Source: Eledone cirrhosa
Lineage: Eukaryota
Assembly: GCA_964016885.1 (NCBI GenBank)
Contig: OZ024742.1
Location: forward strand, 201,500,001 to 201,564,000
Length of the DNA stretch: 64,000 bases
Direction: 5' to 3'
Position 1 is the stretch's first letter; each line of letters begins with the position of its first letter. Below, in pieces: positions 50,954-64,000 of this stretch. Position numbers and translations under genes: made by a program. Below the pieces are notes generated by a model. It saw only the letters and a list, made by a program, of their open reading frames with translations. It made no database searches and was not told the origin of the DNA.

Positions 50954-53900
50954 AGACGTGTGTAACTTCGCGGAGAAGTTTCCATTAATTTATGTAAGAA
51001 AAAAACGTGAGTTTTTAGTTAAATTTTATATTATTGTGTAACTTGATCCCCCGTCTGGACCTTCAGGTGGTGGGTCAACTAATTTTGCCCCTACAGGGGC
51101 GAAATATCCGTTTGAAAGATTTTTCTCCATCGAATTTTGCAAAAAATATTGTAAAAGTTTGATTACGTTATGAACGCTGCGTCCAACGATAATGGTGGTG
51201 GAGAGGCGGTAGGACTACAAAACTCGCAGTCAACATCGTCTTCTTTCCATTCCTTCTCAATAGACACTATAGAGATGGAAAGACGAAATGAAAATGCAAA
51301 AACCAATTCATTTCCAAACAACACAAATGACACCAAACAGTTCAATGACAAAAAGAAAATAACAGCAACACCAATAATGATGATAAAAACAACAATGATA
51401 ACAACAACAAAGAAAAAAATAAAGACAACACCAATAACACCAGCATCAAAGACAACAACAACACCAAGGAAAATACGAATAATATCAACATCGGTGACAA
51501 CAACAATAACAACAATAACAACAATAATGACAACACCACCAACACGGATAATTCCACAAAGAAACCAAAATCTCCTTTGCACAGACAGTTCAAAAAAAGG
51601 AGGAACTGATATATCTCGACATAACAAATGCTGAAAAACCTTTAAAGGACGCTAGGAGATATGTCACTTTCGAAAAAAAATGGTGGTTTCAGCATCAATT
51701 CTCCAGTAGAAATTCGCAAGGAAACTGCTCTCAAAACGATAGTTTTTATTACAGTTTCCAATTCTACCCGAAAACCAGTCCAATTGTCACAGAAAGAATT
51801 GAACTGGTTTTCAAAAATTCAATGAATGATATTGCATTCATTCAAAGAAGCAAACTTTGTGGGAGTATTTCGGTACTCATGAACGATCAATTGACGGCCC
51901 AAAATTACTCTGTGTCGCCAATTTTATCCAACCTGTACACCTTTTTCCCTACATACATGAGAAAAAGGACACAAAAGATCAAAATCACGAGTGTCACACC
52001 AAAGGTGAACATATGGTGGATACTGTGCGGCTTCATCAATTTTGATGAAGACAGAATACTGTCAGTAGGAAAGTCCCCCAGAGATGTATTCAATGGGACT
52101 AGCATTGAAGTTCTGGTGCAAATGAGCCCAGAGCGAATAGCTATGATCCCACAACGTGTACTCCTGGACGGACTCACCTACATAAACTTTTCGGTTGAGG
52201 GTAGGCGGCCTTCATGTTACCATTGCTTTAGCAGGGGTCACCTGAGGGCTTCCTGTCCTAAATTAATGAATCAAAAAAAGGCTCTTCTGCCGACACCCAT
52301 CAAAACAACACAACCACCAACACCACCACAACAACAACGACACCAACACACAAAAATAACCACAACAAACACAGTCCCACCCAACCCCACTCTACCTAAA
52401 ACCACTGCAAAATCACATACAGACACAACAGCTCCCCAAGACATACCCCTCCCCAATCACACAGACGATACAACAGATGAGGCTATCTCGCCATCACTCA
52501 GTGAAGACGAGGGAGAACCCCATCGCTCGAAAAGAAAGAAAAGACATGACAAAAGCAAAAAACCAGCAAACACTACCACAAGCATACAACCACCAACACA
52601 AACAACAAAATCATCACAAACAAAACCCCCACCTCCTGAAAACAAAATACCTACAACAAAACGAAAGCACACACAAGAACTACAGACAAAAACAAACAGA
52701 ACACAAGAAAATTACACTTACACTTACATAAACACTGAAAACAAAACACTAATGGACAACATCACGAACGACCCTTCGGTTTTCACCGAAGGGAAAACTT
52801 TCGCCCACTCTATTAAAAATAGCAAAAAAATGAACATAAAACTGATTAGGGTCCCTATACAAACTTATAGGTCCCTAAAAGAAACATTTGAGAAGAATGT
52901 GGGATTTCCTGCGTGAAACCACTTAACCGCGTCCTTCTCAGATGTCTCCCCACCCAGACACCCCCATCCCACCAGACCCCACCCCACCAAACATCTCTGT
53001 CCCCACCCCGCCGGAAACCACCACCCATCCAGACAACCCATCCAACACCCCCATGGATATCGTGCGGCCTGGTCCCCAGGAGACGAAGGGTGAGTGATCT
53101 CTTTTCCTCTTTTAACTTTTCAGCACCAACATGGCCAATATAAGAGTTGGATGTGTGAACGTACGCGGCCTGGGGATGCTCTGGAAACAGGGCAAACTCT
53201 TAAACGACCTCAGGTCGCACAGTATGGATGTGGTAGCCATTTGCGAGTCCAGGATCCACAGCGAGCGACAGCTGGCCCCCATCCTCGATGACTTTGAGAT
53301 CTACGCATCTCTCTGTCAACCGGGGGGTGGGGGCGGAGTTGCCGTTTTGCTGCGGAAACACCTAGGCCTCGTAACACAGACGGTACATCTGGACCCGAGG
53401 GGTCGACTGGTGGCCCTAGACGTTGACGTGTGTGAAGGTGGAGCCTTCAGGCTGGTGGCCGCATATGCCCTACCCGGGACACCGCGGCCAGACTTCTTCA
53501 AACGTCTAGAGACTTTTCTGGGAACGTCCCGCTTCTTGCTTTTAGTGGGGGACTGGAATGGAATCCAAGATGCACATTGGGACTATGTGGGAGCATGTCC
53601 CGATAAAGGGGGGTGTAACAGCCTCAAACAGTTAATCGACCGATTTGACCTGGCCGATAGATATCGACTAGATTTTCCGACTGCGCCACTGTGGACGTGG
53701 AGTAATCGTAGCGGAACATCTAGATCGTACCTAGATAGGGTTCTAGTTAGAAATAAGGATAGGGACATGTTAAGCTGTCCACAAATGTTCATGGTTGCCT
53801 ATTCAGATCATAAACTAGTGACCTGCATGGCCAACCTTGATAGAACCCACAGCTACTGGAAGCTGAACTTGTTGTTACCAACAAGCAAAGCCTACAGTAG

Positions 53901-56783
53901 ACGGATTAGCACTTTAGTTAAACAGCCATTGTCAACAACAGATGGTGGTACACTCTCAAGAGGGCAGTTAGATTAGACTCGATAGTTTTTAGTAAAGAAT
54001 TAGAGTTAGATAGAAATAGAACCGAGAAGGAACTGGTAGATAAAGTAGAAGAGGCAATTAGAAGTGGCAACGTAGCCAGCGTGCTAGCAACGAGAACGGC
54101 CTTAGACCAGTTCTTCGACACAAAGCACGAGGGCTACGTTGTCAGAAGCAAAATACGTGCTCTTGGAAACGAGGGAGCCAAAGCTGTTAGCTGGGCCCGA
54201 GTGACGGAGGCAAAAAGTGGCAACAAATCCATGATTCGGTCTTTGAAGGACCAAAACGGACGCGTGATACGTGAGCCGAAGCAGATGTGTGCGGCCTTTC
54301 AGTGGCACTTTGCTCAACTGTTCAGGAGGGGCAGCGCGCCGGGAGGGGCTATGGATTTCGGTCCATACCTCGACGACCTACCGCGACTCTCGGACAACGA
54401 GGCAAAGTTCTGCCAAAAGCCGATTTCAGCCGCTGAGATAGGGGACGGGCTGAGCCAATGCGGTAAACGCAAATCTCCAGGTCTCGACGGTCTACCCTAC
54501 GAATTTTACGTAGCAATGCCAGACTTATTCTCCGGTCTCCTGGAAGCGGTCTACTGCAACTGGCAACAGAACGGGAGAATTCCCAGTTCTGTAACCGGGG
54601 GCCTGGTCACACTAATCAGGAAGGACGAGAATAAGGGGATGACATAGGCAACTTCCGGCCCATAACTCTGCTAAACACAGAGTTACAGATTTTGGCCAAA
54701 GTGTTGGCAAAGAGGCTGGCGCTTGTCGTCGAGAACCTGGTGGGAGAGCGCGACATGCGCAATCCCGACCAGGTCCATACACGACAACCTCCACCTCATG
54801 TGATACATCATAGTGAGGGTAGGGTGTAAACCAGGCTTCGGTGGGGCCCTGATCAACTTGGATCAGTCTAAGGCTTTCGATAGGGTTGACCATCGTTACC
54901 TGGATGCGGTGCTCGAGGCGGCAGGCTTCGGACCCGTGTTCAGGGGCTGGATTGCTGCAATGCACAACAGCAACATCTGCTCAAGGGTCAAGGTGAAGGG
55001 CTACCTCTCGGAGCCGTTCCATATTACGAGATCCATTCGACAGGGATGCCCTCTCTCCTCCCTTCTGTACGTACTGACTCTCGAGCCACTACTGCGGAAG
55101 TTGGAGCTATTGCAGGGCATCCCTCTTGAACCGGGACTGCGGAAAGCGGCGTCGGCCTACGCTGACGACGTGACAGTAATGGTGTCGAGCGCCTCGCAAA
55201 TCGAGGATGTCGGCACCTTACTGAAAGAATACGAAAGTTTCACAGGAGCGAAGCTGAACCGGGACAAGTCCATCGGTTTGCAACTCGGATCGTGAAGAGG
55301 CAAACCGATGCCTTCCGATGGCGTCGTCGGACGCTGGACGGAAGGACCGGTAAAGCTACTCGGGGTCTGGTTTGGTCCGGACCTCCAGGTGGAGAAGAAC
55401 TGGAACGAAGTGACGGCCAAGGTGTTTGCACTCATCCAGAAGTGGGCCGAGTGCAAACTATACTTGAAAGGTCGAGCGGAGGTCGCGAACACTTTTATAG
55501 CGTCCGCCATCTACTACCGCTTGACCGTCGTGCCTTGTCCAGCCAAAACGCTCGCCAAAATGGAGCGCGCCCTCTTCCGATTCCTTTGGAAGGGGCGGGC
55601 TCCTTTGGTGAGAAGATCCATCTGCTGCCAACACCCTTCTAACGGAGAGCTGGGAGTGCCGTGGTTGACGATGCGCAAACACGCGCTCAGGCTGCGGCAT
55701 CTCTACGTATTCCTCACCGGACAACCGGTGTGAGCCCCGTTCATGAGGCGAGCCTTCCTACGACTCGTCTCGCTGACCGAGCTGCAGTCCTGGGTCAAGC
55801 AAAGACCGAGGAAAATGGGCGACTGGCACATCGAATGTGCTCAGGCGCTCACAGCCCTCTGGCAGGCGGACCCAGCGATCAGTGGAGACTCCACTTCGTC
55901 ATTCTATAGAGGGTTGATCCGCAGCAAGTGCGATGACGCGCTCGGTGAAACTCTAGGCGTAGAGGAAGATGAGTTGGCCAGTCTGTTCGGTAGGACCTTC
56001 CACCCGGGACCGATGGACAACTTCCAAAAGTCCCTGGCCTGGCAATGCTACCGAGGAGCTCTACCAGTTCGAGACAAGCTCTACAGATATGGGCGCCCGG
56101 GCAGACCCCTGCAAAAAAGATCTGTCCGAGGTGCGTGCGAGACGAAGAAACCGTCGCGCACGCATTCATACACTGCCCGGGCGTCACTGACCTGTGGGGC
56201 TATGTAGAACGACTATTGTCGCGGGTGGGACCAATCCGTTTGACCACCGAGTCCATTGTCATGATCAAACCGCCACCTTCCTTCAAAAACGAAGGAGAGG
56301 CGGTTTTCCTTTGTGTGATAGCTATGGCGAAAGAGGTTGTATGGTGGACAAGGTTGAAAGGGCTGAGGTCAGAGACCTTTCTCTCCGGCCAACAACTGAT
56401 TCTTTTTTTCAAATACCACTTTGGAAGAATAATCAGGATGGAGAGAGAGGTGCTGTACCCCAGCAAGTTTTATGAAAGGTGGGTGAAAGTGGCGAGAATG
56501 GCCCGAGTGAATGGGCCTTCTCTCTATATCAGCCTGTAGGTTGAGGAAAAGGAGGAGGGTAGGAAGGGAGCACAAACTCTTCGTACTCCTGGAGATGAGG
56601 GTTGCACATTTTTTCGGGGGTATGTGTTACCCATATAAACTGTCTCCCTTCCATTGGGGAAAATCGACTAACTTTTTAAATTGCATTTGTGATAACATTT
56701 TACACGTTTTTCATTGTATGTAAACTTCCCCCTTTGTATTTGTCCCCTTCTTTTGTGCCCCTGTGGCTAATAAAGAAACATAC

Positions 56784-56847
<64 letters not shown>

Positions 56848-56852
56848 GTATC
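50954..56852 (+). mobile_element. Tx1/L1-clade retrotransposon, unit D
   Basis: ORF1 knuckle CYHCFSRGHLRASC; ORF2 53131-56539 with several stops and frameshifts; AATAAA at 56769; (TATC)n 56781-56852. Confidence 0.9.
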
Positions 56853-57838
56853 CCCGTTCGTGATGCGAGCCTTCCCCACGACTCGTCAAGCAAAGACCGA
56901 GGAAAATGGACGACTAGCACATCGAATTTATTCGGGCACTCACAGTCCTATGGCAAACGGACCCGGCAATCAGTGGAAACTCCACTTCGTCATTCTAAAG
57001 AGGGTTGGTCCGCAGCAAATGCGATGACGCGCTCGGTGAAAATCTAGGCGTAGAGGAAGACTAACTGGCCAGTCTGTTCGGTAGGACCTTCCGCCCGGGA
57101 CCGATGGACAACTTCCAAAAGTCCCTGGCCTGGCAGTGCTACCGAGGAGCTCTACCAGTTCGAGACAAGCTCTACAGACACGGGCGCCCGGGCAGGGATC
57201 CTTCGAAAGAGATATCTCCGAGCTGCGTGCGGGACGAGGAAACGTCGCGCATGCATTTGTACACTGCCCGGATGTTACCGACCTGTGGGGCTATGTTGAA
57301 CCACTATTGTCGCGTGTGGGACCAATCCAGTGGACCACCGAGTCCATTGTCATGATCAAACCGCCACCCTCCTTCAAAAACGAAGGAGAGGCGATTTTCC
57401 TATGTGTTATGGCTATGGTGAAAGAGAAAGAGGTTATATGGTGGACGAGATTAAAAGGGCTGAGGTCAGACACCTTTCTCTCCGGCGAACAACTGATTCG
57501 TTTTTTCAAATATAATTTTGGAAGAAGAATCAGGATGGAGAGAGAGGTGCTGTACCCCAGCACATTTTGTGAAAGGTGGGTGAATGTGGCAAAGATGGCC
57601 CGAGTGGTTGGGCCTTCTCTCTATATAAGCCTGTAGGTTGAGGAAAAAGAGGAAGAGAGGAAGGGAGTACTCACTCTTGGTGCTCCTGGAGATGAGGGTT
57701 GTACATTTTTTCGAGGTGTGTACAACTCCTGTGTAACGCCTCCCCCTTATTGGGGATTTCAATTCTCCCCATTTGTATTTGTCCCCTTCTTTTGTGCCCT
57801 TGTGGCTAATAAAAAATTCATCTATCTATGTATCTATC
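56853..57838 (+). mobile_element. Tx1/L1-clade retrotransposon, unit E (5'-truncated)
   Basis: Begins within late ORF2 directly after (TATC)n; GPSLYISL* ends at 57636; AATAAA at 57808; TATC tail. Confidence 0.9.
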
Positions 57839-57853
57839 GATCTTTTTTTCTGT

Positions 57854-57881
<28 letters not shown>

Positions 57882-57885
<4 letters not shown>

Positions 57886-60557
57886 TAAACGGAATAGAAA
57901 ATGCTGACAAATTGTTCACAGTTGAAAAATGGTTTAATTAGGAATAAAAGAGTATTAGTGATTGTATGGGTTAGTATTCAGTTGTGGTTTTAAGTTTTTA
58001 AGTTTTTACCGGTTGCGCATTTCTAAATGATTTTCAAAAATAATTTTGAGATAGAGTGTCCGTGCTGTTTGCTTTGATCTGATTAGTTTTGGGAATTCTA
58101 CCTGTTTTTATGTTAAAAAAGTGGCTCCAGCGTTATTTTTGTGTTGCAAAAATGCTTGTGGTCAAAACAATTTTGATTGGTCGGTAGAGGTCATGTGAAT
58201 GTAAAAAGTTGATTTTGCGCCAAGACTGTTTTTATGTTAAACGAATTCTGTGAACACATCACAAACTTCCCTTACCAACACTTGCACAGACAAAAACACA
58301 AGCCAAACCTCAACAAGAAAGAATGGGAAGAATTAAATAGATTAAAAACCGACAGAACCATTACAATTAAAGAGGCTGATAAAGGGAGTTCAGTAGTCCT
58401 AATGGAGACAGAATTCTATATCAACTTAGCGCTCTCCACTTTGGAAAACGAAACATACTACGAAAAGGCTGAACACTACAATCAACAGTAAATTATGAGA
58501 AACCTAAAAACTCTAATCAACCAATACAAAGAAGGACTCACTAACAAGGAATTCAGCTTCATCACAGACTTCACAAGTAAATCCAGCCTTTTCTACGGTA
58601 TCCCTAAAGTACATAAAAGCGAATCAATCAGTAAGGCATGCAAGGAAGCCATAGACATAGTCATCAATGTCCCCCCACCCAATGATCTCAAATTAAGACC
58701 TATAATAGCAGGCCCCGCTTGCGAAACACACCGTCTTAGCAACTTCATTGATACCCTTCTAAAACCCTTCCTCAAGCACATCAAAAGCTATATAAGGGAC
58801 GACCTAGATATGCTCAATCACCTCCCTAATATGCCACTTTCTGAACAAACCCTACTAGTGACGTTCGATGTAGTCAACCTATACTCCAACATCCCCCACA
58901 ACCTAGGAATAGAAGCTATCCAATTCTGGCTGGATAATTTCCACAATGAACTCCCACAACGCATCAAAAAAGAATTCGTGATAGAGGGACTCAAATTTAT
59001 CTTCGAGAACAATTACTTCGTTTTCAATAACAAACCCTACAGCCAGAAATCTGGGACCGCTATGGGAACGAAAACAGCCCCTACTTATGCCAACCTAGTC
59101 ATGGGATACCTGGAAATCACCCTCTACACTAAAGTCCTAAACAAATTTGGAAACACCCTCCACTTACACATTGAAAGGAACTGGAAGCGATATCTAGATG
59201 ACTGCTTCATCCTTTGGCACGAAAACATCGAAAAACTTAAAGAATTTCACACCCTTATAAATGGGCTCAACACAAATATTAACTTCACGATGGAATACAG
59301 CCATCAACAACTCCCCTTCCTCGACATCCTCATTAAGATCCATAACAAAAAAATAGAAACAGACATATACTACAAGCCCACAGACTCCAAGCAATATCTC
59401 CCCTTCAACTCTTGCCACCCTAGACACGTTAAAATTAATATTCCCTACAACTTAGCCAAGAAAATCTGTACTATAGTCTCCAATAAAAACATCTGCCACT
59501 TACGGCTACAAGAACTAAAGGACACACTCATAGGCAGGGACTGCCCTGCATCACTAATTGACAATGGAATCCAACGTGCCCTAAAACTCAGAACCCAGGA
59601 CCTTAGACACCCTAAAGTAAATCAACCAAATCTAAAAGCTCTTCCATACATCTCCACACACAACCCCCTCAAAAATGAGGCCTTTGACACCATCCTCCAG
59701 AACATCCCTGTATTGAAAAAGGACCATAGAATGAACCAAATTCTACGAACACACGATATCATAAAGAGTAAAAGACAATCCAAGTCAATGAAAAACATCT
59801 TAACACATGCCAAAGTACTGCCAACCACAACAACGAAACCCACAGTAAAAAAATGCGATAGACCCAACTGTGGCATTTGCATGAACCTAATAGAGGGTTC
59901 GGAATTCTATTTCAAAGATGGACAACGTTTTATAGTAAAACACAATTTCACATGTGCATCGGAAAATCTAATATATGTATTAACTTGTTCAGGTTGTCGA
60001 GAACAATACATAGGCCAGACCAAAAACAGCCTCCGCCAACGCATGGCTGTCCATAGATCCCAAATTAAAATACGGGAATACAGGAAAATACCACTGAGTG
60101 AACACATTGATACCTGTGCCGCCCAAAATCATCCCAACTTCAGAATCTTTCCCCTCTACAAATTTAAAGATAATGCCACCCACACCCAGCGCATCAGCAA
60201 GGAATCTTACTTCATTAACAAATACGGACCCCGTCTAAACACTTCTCCCTAAGACGAACCCACAACATACACACGTCAACATACATACCTACATCAGCAT
60301 ACATCTCTACCCACATATAAACACAATGACACACGTAAACACACATGCTCTATGGTGCAATACAAAAAAATATATGTGCATATATATGTATGTATATATG
60401 TATATATATATGTAGTGAATATATGTATGTGTATATATAGTGAATATCATTTCACACCTTTTATTGTTAAGATTTTTGATGTTCTATTAAGAGAACCGAT
60501 TTTACTGAAAAAATCGAATAATGTACACAATTTTACCAGGGGCAAAAAAATACTGGT

Positions 60558-60626
<69 letters not shown>

Positions 60627-60806
60627 AACACATACACACGCGTACATCAACATACAAAGAGACTTATACACACACACACACACACACGCACTTCTCCGTA
60701 TAAGACAAAAGCTGAAAAATATCTTTTGACATGCTAAAATACTTTTAGACACATTAAATTGCTTTCAGACACATTCTTACTGACCATCGAATTACCCTGC
60801 TATACA

Positions 60807-60871
<65 letters not shown>

Positions 60872-60942
60872 ATCTTAATAGCCATTTGACACACATCGCT
60901 GCTGGCCATTGTCGCAGCATCGAACACCTTACTACTACTACT

Positions 60943-61006
<64 letters not shown>

Positions 61007-61505
61007 ACACACACACACACATATTTGTTGTAAAAGAGTCATTTCTCAATCTTGGCGCAAAACCAATTTTTTATCCACATGACCTCTACCGACCAATCAG
61101 AATTGTTTTGACCAAGAATTTTTGCTGGAGCCACTTTTTTAACATAAAAACAGTCTTGGCGCAAAATCAACTTTTTACATTCACATGACCTCTACCGACC
61201 AATCAAAATTGTTTTGACCACAAGCATTTTTGCAACACAAAAATAACGCTGGAGCCACTTTTTTAACATAAAAACAGGTAGAATTCCCAAAACTAATCAG
61301 ATCAGAGCAAACAGCACGGACACTCTATCTCAAAATTATTTTTGAAAAGCATTTAGAAATGCGCAACCGGTAAAAACTTAAAAACTTAAAAACTTAAAAC
61401 CACAACTGAATACTAACCCATACAATCACTAATACTCTTTTATTCCTAATTAAACCATTTTTCAACTGTGAACAATTTGTCAGCATTTTCTATTCCGTTT
61501 ACCAA
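57882..61505 (+). mobile_element. Penelope-like element (Neptune-type) with inverted 5' pseudo-LTR
   Basis: 57882-58240 is the reverse complement of ~61139-61505 and abuts a 5'-truncated ORF; both ends lie in TA-rich sequence. Confidence 0.9.
58241..60252 (+). pseudogene. Penelope RT plus GIY-YIG ORF, 5'-truncated, one in-frame TAA at 58489-58491
   Basis: IKEADKG, FYGIPKVHK, LRPII, FDVVNLYSNIP, GTAMGT..APTYANL, YLDD, LPFLD, linker CDRPNCGIC, LIYVLTCSGC..QYIGQT. Confidence 0.92.
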
Positions 61506-61540
61506 TATATAATAACTTGTGTGTTACACCTCTATTCTTT

Positions 61541-61625
<85 letters not shown>

Positions 61626-61969
61626 CGCTATTTCAGAGCACTAATACTAATACCTAATTTTTGTTGGACCGGCAATTGCTCTGTGTAATCAGCTCCTGAT
61701 TATTACTGGAATTCTATAAGAATTCAGCTTCTATAATTTTCGGCATAGGCAGGTGAGTGCGTGGCTTTGATAAACGCCAAGCAGCGAGAAATAGCTGTCA
61801 GCCACTCTCCCAACCTTTGACGAAAATATAAGTAAGTGACATAGTCACTACTTTAAAACTGATGGCGAATGGTCTTCTAAATGTTTTTAATTTAACATAC
61901 AGTATATTGCCAAATATACTATACATACATTCATGTATACATCGCTAATTCAGAGCACCAATACTAATA

Positions 61970-62034
<65 letters not shown>

Positions 62035-62872
62035 GTATATATATAATATAAATTTATATTATATATATATATGGATATAAGTATATATAGCAACGAAGAC
62101 ATTAGACAAATACTTGCGTTTCGTTGGCATTAATAACAACTCATTTAGCCTACCATTTTGTAATAGAATTACCTCTGGGGAAATTATGGATCGTATATGA
62201 GAGTTCTAAATTCAGGTATATAGTAAACTCTGTAAAAACTCTAAAAAATATAAAAATATGAATCATTTTTGAGTCAATTTTTTTCGAAGTAAGTGACGTA
62301 ACTATAAAAAGGAAAGAGAAGCTAGATTATGTGTAAAGAGAAAGCAGGTAACCGAGTTAAGTTGAATTTTATTCCAGATTTAGACCATCCATTTAGGAAA
62401 AAATTAGTTTCATGTGAGCAATGATTAAACAGATCCAGATATATATAAAAGCAGTAATTTGTAGAATTGGACTGTGTAAGTATATTCCTCTTTTCGGCAG
62501 TTCTTAAGTCTCAAGTTTTGGATCCGTTAATATAGGGTGGGGATGTGTCCAATATCCTCCATTTTATGGGCAAACCCGTGCCGCTTTCTTTGAGTTTCCA
62601 TACCTGCTTGCGGGCTAAGTGTTATGCCTCGTATGTGAATATCTAAAGTTCATTACGGGGATAAATAAATGGCTTTTAAACTTTTGTCTACGTTTCTGTC
62701 TGTTGGATCTGATTGTCGGGGGGTCACTTCTGCTTCAATTATCACTTCTGAAGTATTGCACTCTTGGTCATCCGGAACGTGGAAGATTCGTGTATCTATT
62801 TGTGATACGTGATCCCATTTTTTAGCAGAAGAGTAGGCGATTTTCACTCTGTATACACGCGCGCACACACAC

Positions 62873-62988
<116 letters not shown>

Positions 62989-63043
62989 GCATATGTATGT
63001 AAACACACACAACTATGGATATAAACATGCAAACATTATTTAC

Positions 63044-63228
63044 GCGGTGGATTGGCAGTATCGGTAGATGGTCAGACGCCATGCTTTGCACCATAGAGCT
63101 ATGGCCCTTTAAGGTCTCAGTTCAAATCCCGCCGAGTTTTGCCTTTCATCCTTACATGGTCGATAATATAAAGCACCAGTAATGCACTAGGTAATTGTTG
63201 GCCTTGTGCCTAAAGTAGAAACAATTAT
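63044..63228 (+). mobile_element. tRNA-derived SINE
   Basis: TGGCAGTATCGG ... CAGTTCAAATCCC head with the shared SINE body. Confidence 0.8.
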
Positions 63229-64000
63229 TTAAGCATTTCTACATGGATAGCAAGAGTTGAAAAGTTTCGAAAAGTGCAATATTTCTGGCGAGATCTTCGC
63301 CAGAATCTAACTACCCCGTACATATTTCATGGTGAAATATGTAACTAAATGCTATGAACTGAAGCACGCATACACACATCTCTACATATACACACAACAC
63401 ACACACACAACATACACACACAGACACACACACAACACACACACAAACACACACCCACACACCCACAGACGCACACACACACACACACATATATAGATGC
63501 AGGTCTTCGATTAATCCCCCAAATAGAACTTATATATAACTGCAGACGTAGCAATCTAATTGCATACATATTTAATCAAAGATATATACATACATACAGA
63601 CACACACACACATACATACATACATACATACATACATACATACATACATACATACATACATACATACATACATACATGCATACACACACACGTACATACA
63701 TAGATTTAGACATACATATATATATAGAGATATAAACATACATATATACATAACTATTTACTTATGTATACGCATGATACATAAATACACACATACCCAC
63801 CCATATGTATATATATACACATACATACATCAATACATACATACATGCGTACATACATACACGCATACATATATACATCCATACTTAAATACATACACAC
63901 TTATATACATACATAAATACATACATACATACACACGTACATGTATACATACACACGTACATGCAATCATATTTATAATTATATGTTGGTAAACGTATTG

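Noticed and set aside
33894-57838. Telomere or simple tandem duplication
   Set aside because: No TTAGGG-type repeats, ordinary sequence on both sides, and the units are too divergent and variably truncated for duplication.

Overview
Repeat-saturated, AT-rich animal DNA with no recognisable host gene. A coleoid cephalopod (octopus-like) source is inferred from the dense (TA)n/(CA)n tracts and the tRNA-SINE/LINE repertoire. Positions 1-33 kb hold decayed elements: an R4/Dong-like REL retrotransposon, two Naiad-type Penelope relics, Penelope-end fold-back palindromes with hammerhead remnants, Helitron pieces, a Chapaev3-like transposase, Tc1/mariner MITEs, a CRE-like 3' end, tRNA-SINEs and a near-intact RTE LINE on the minus strand. 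The dominant structure is a ~24 kb head-to-tail array (~33.9-57.8 kb) of five Tx1/L1-clade retrotransposons from different subfamilies, each joined by (TATC)n. These copies carry conserved splice-like signals: a donor at the ORF1 stop, an acceptor at the ORF2 stop, and a ~70-nt 5'UTR mini-intron. A Neptune-type Penelope element with an inverted pseudo-LTR follows. Family names come from motif recognition only; no database search was run.
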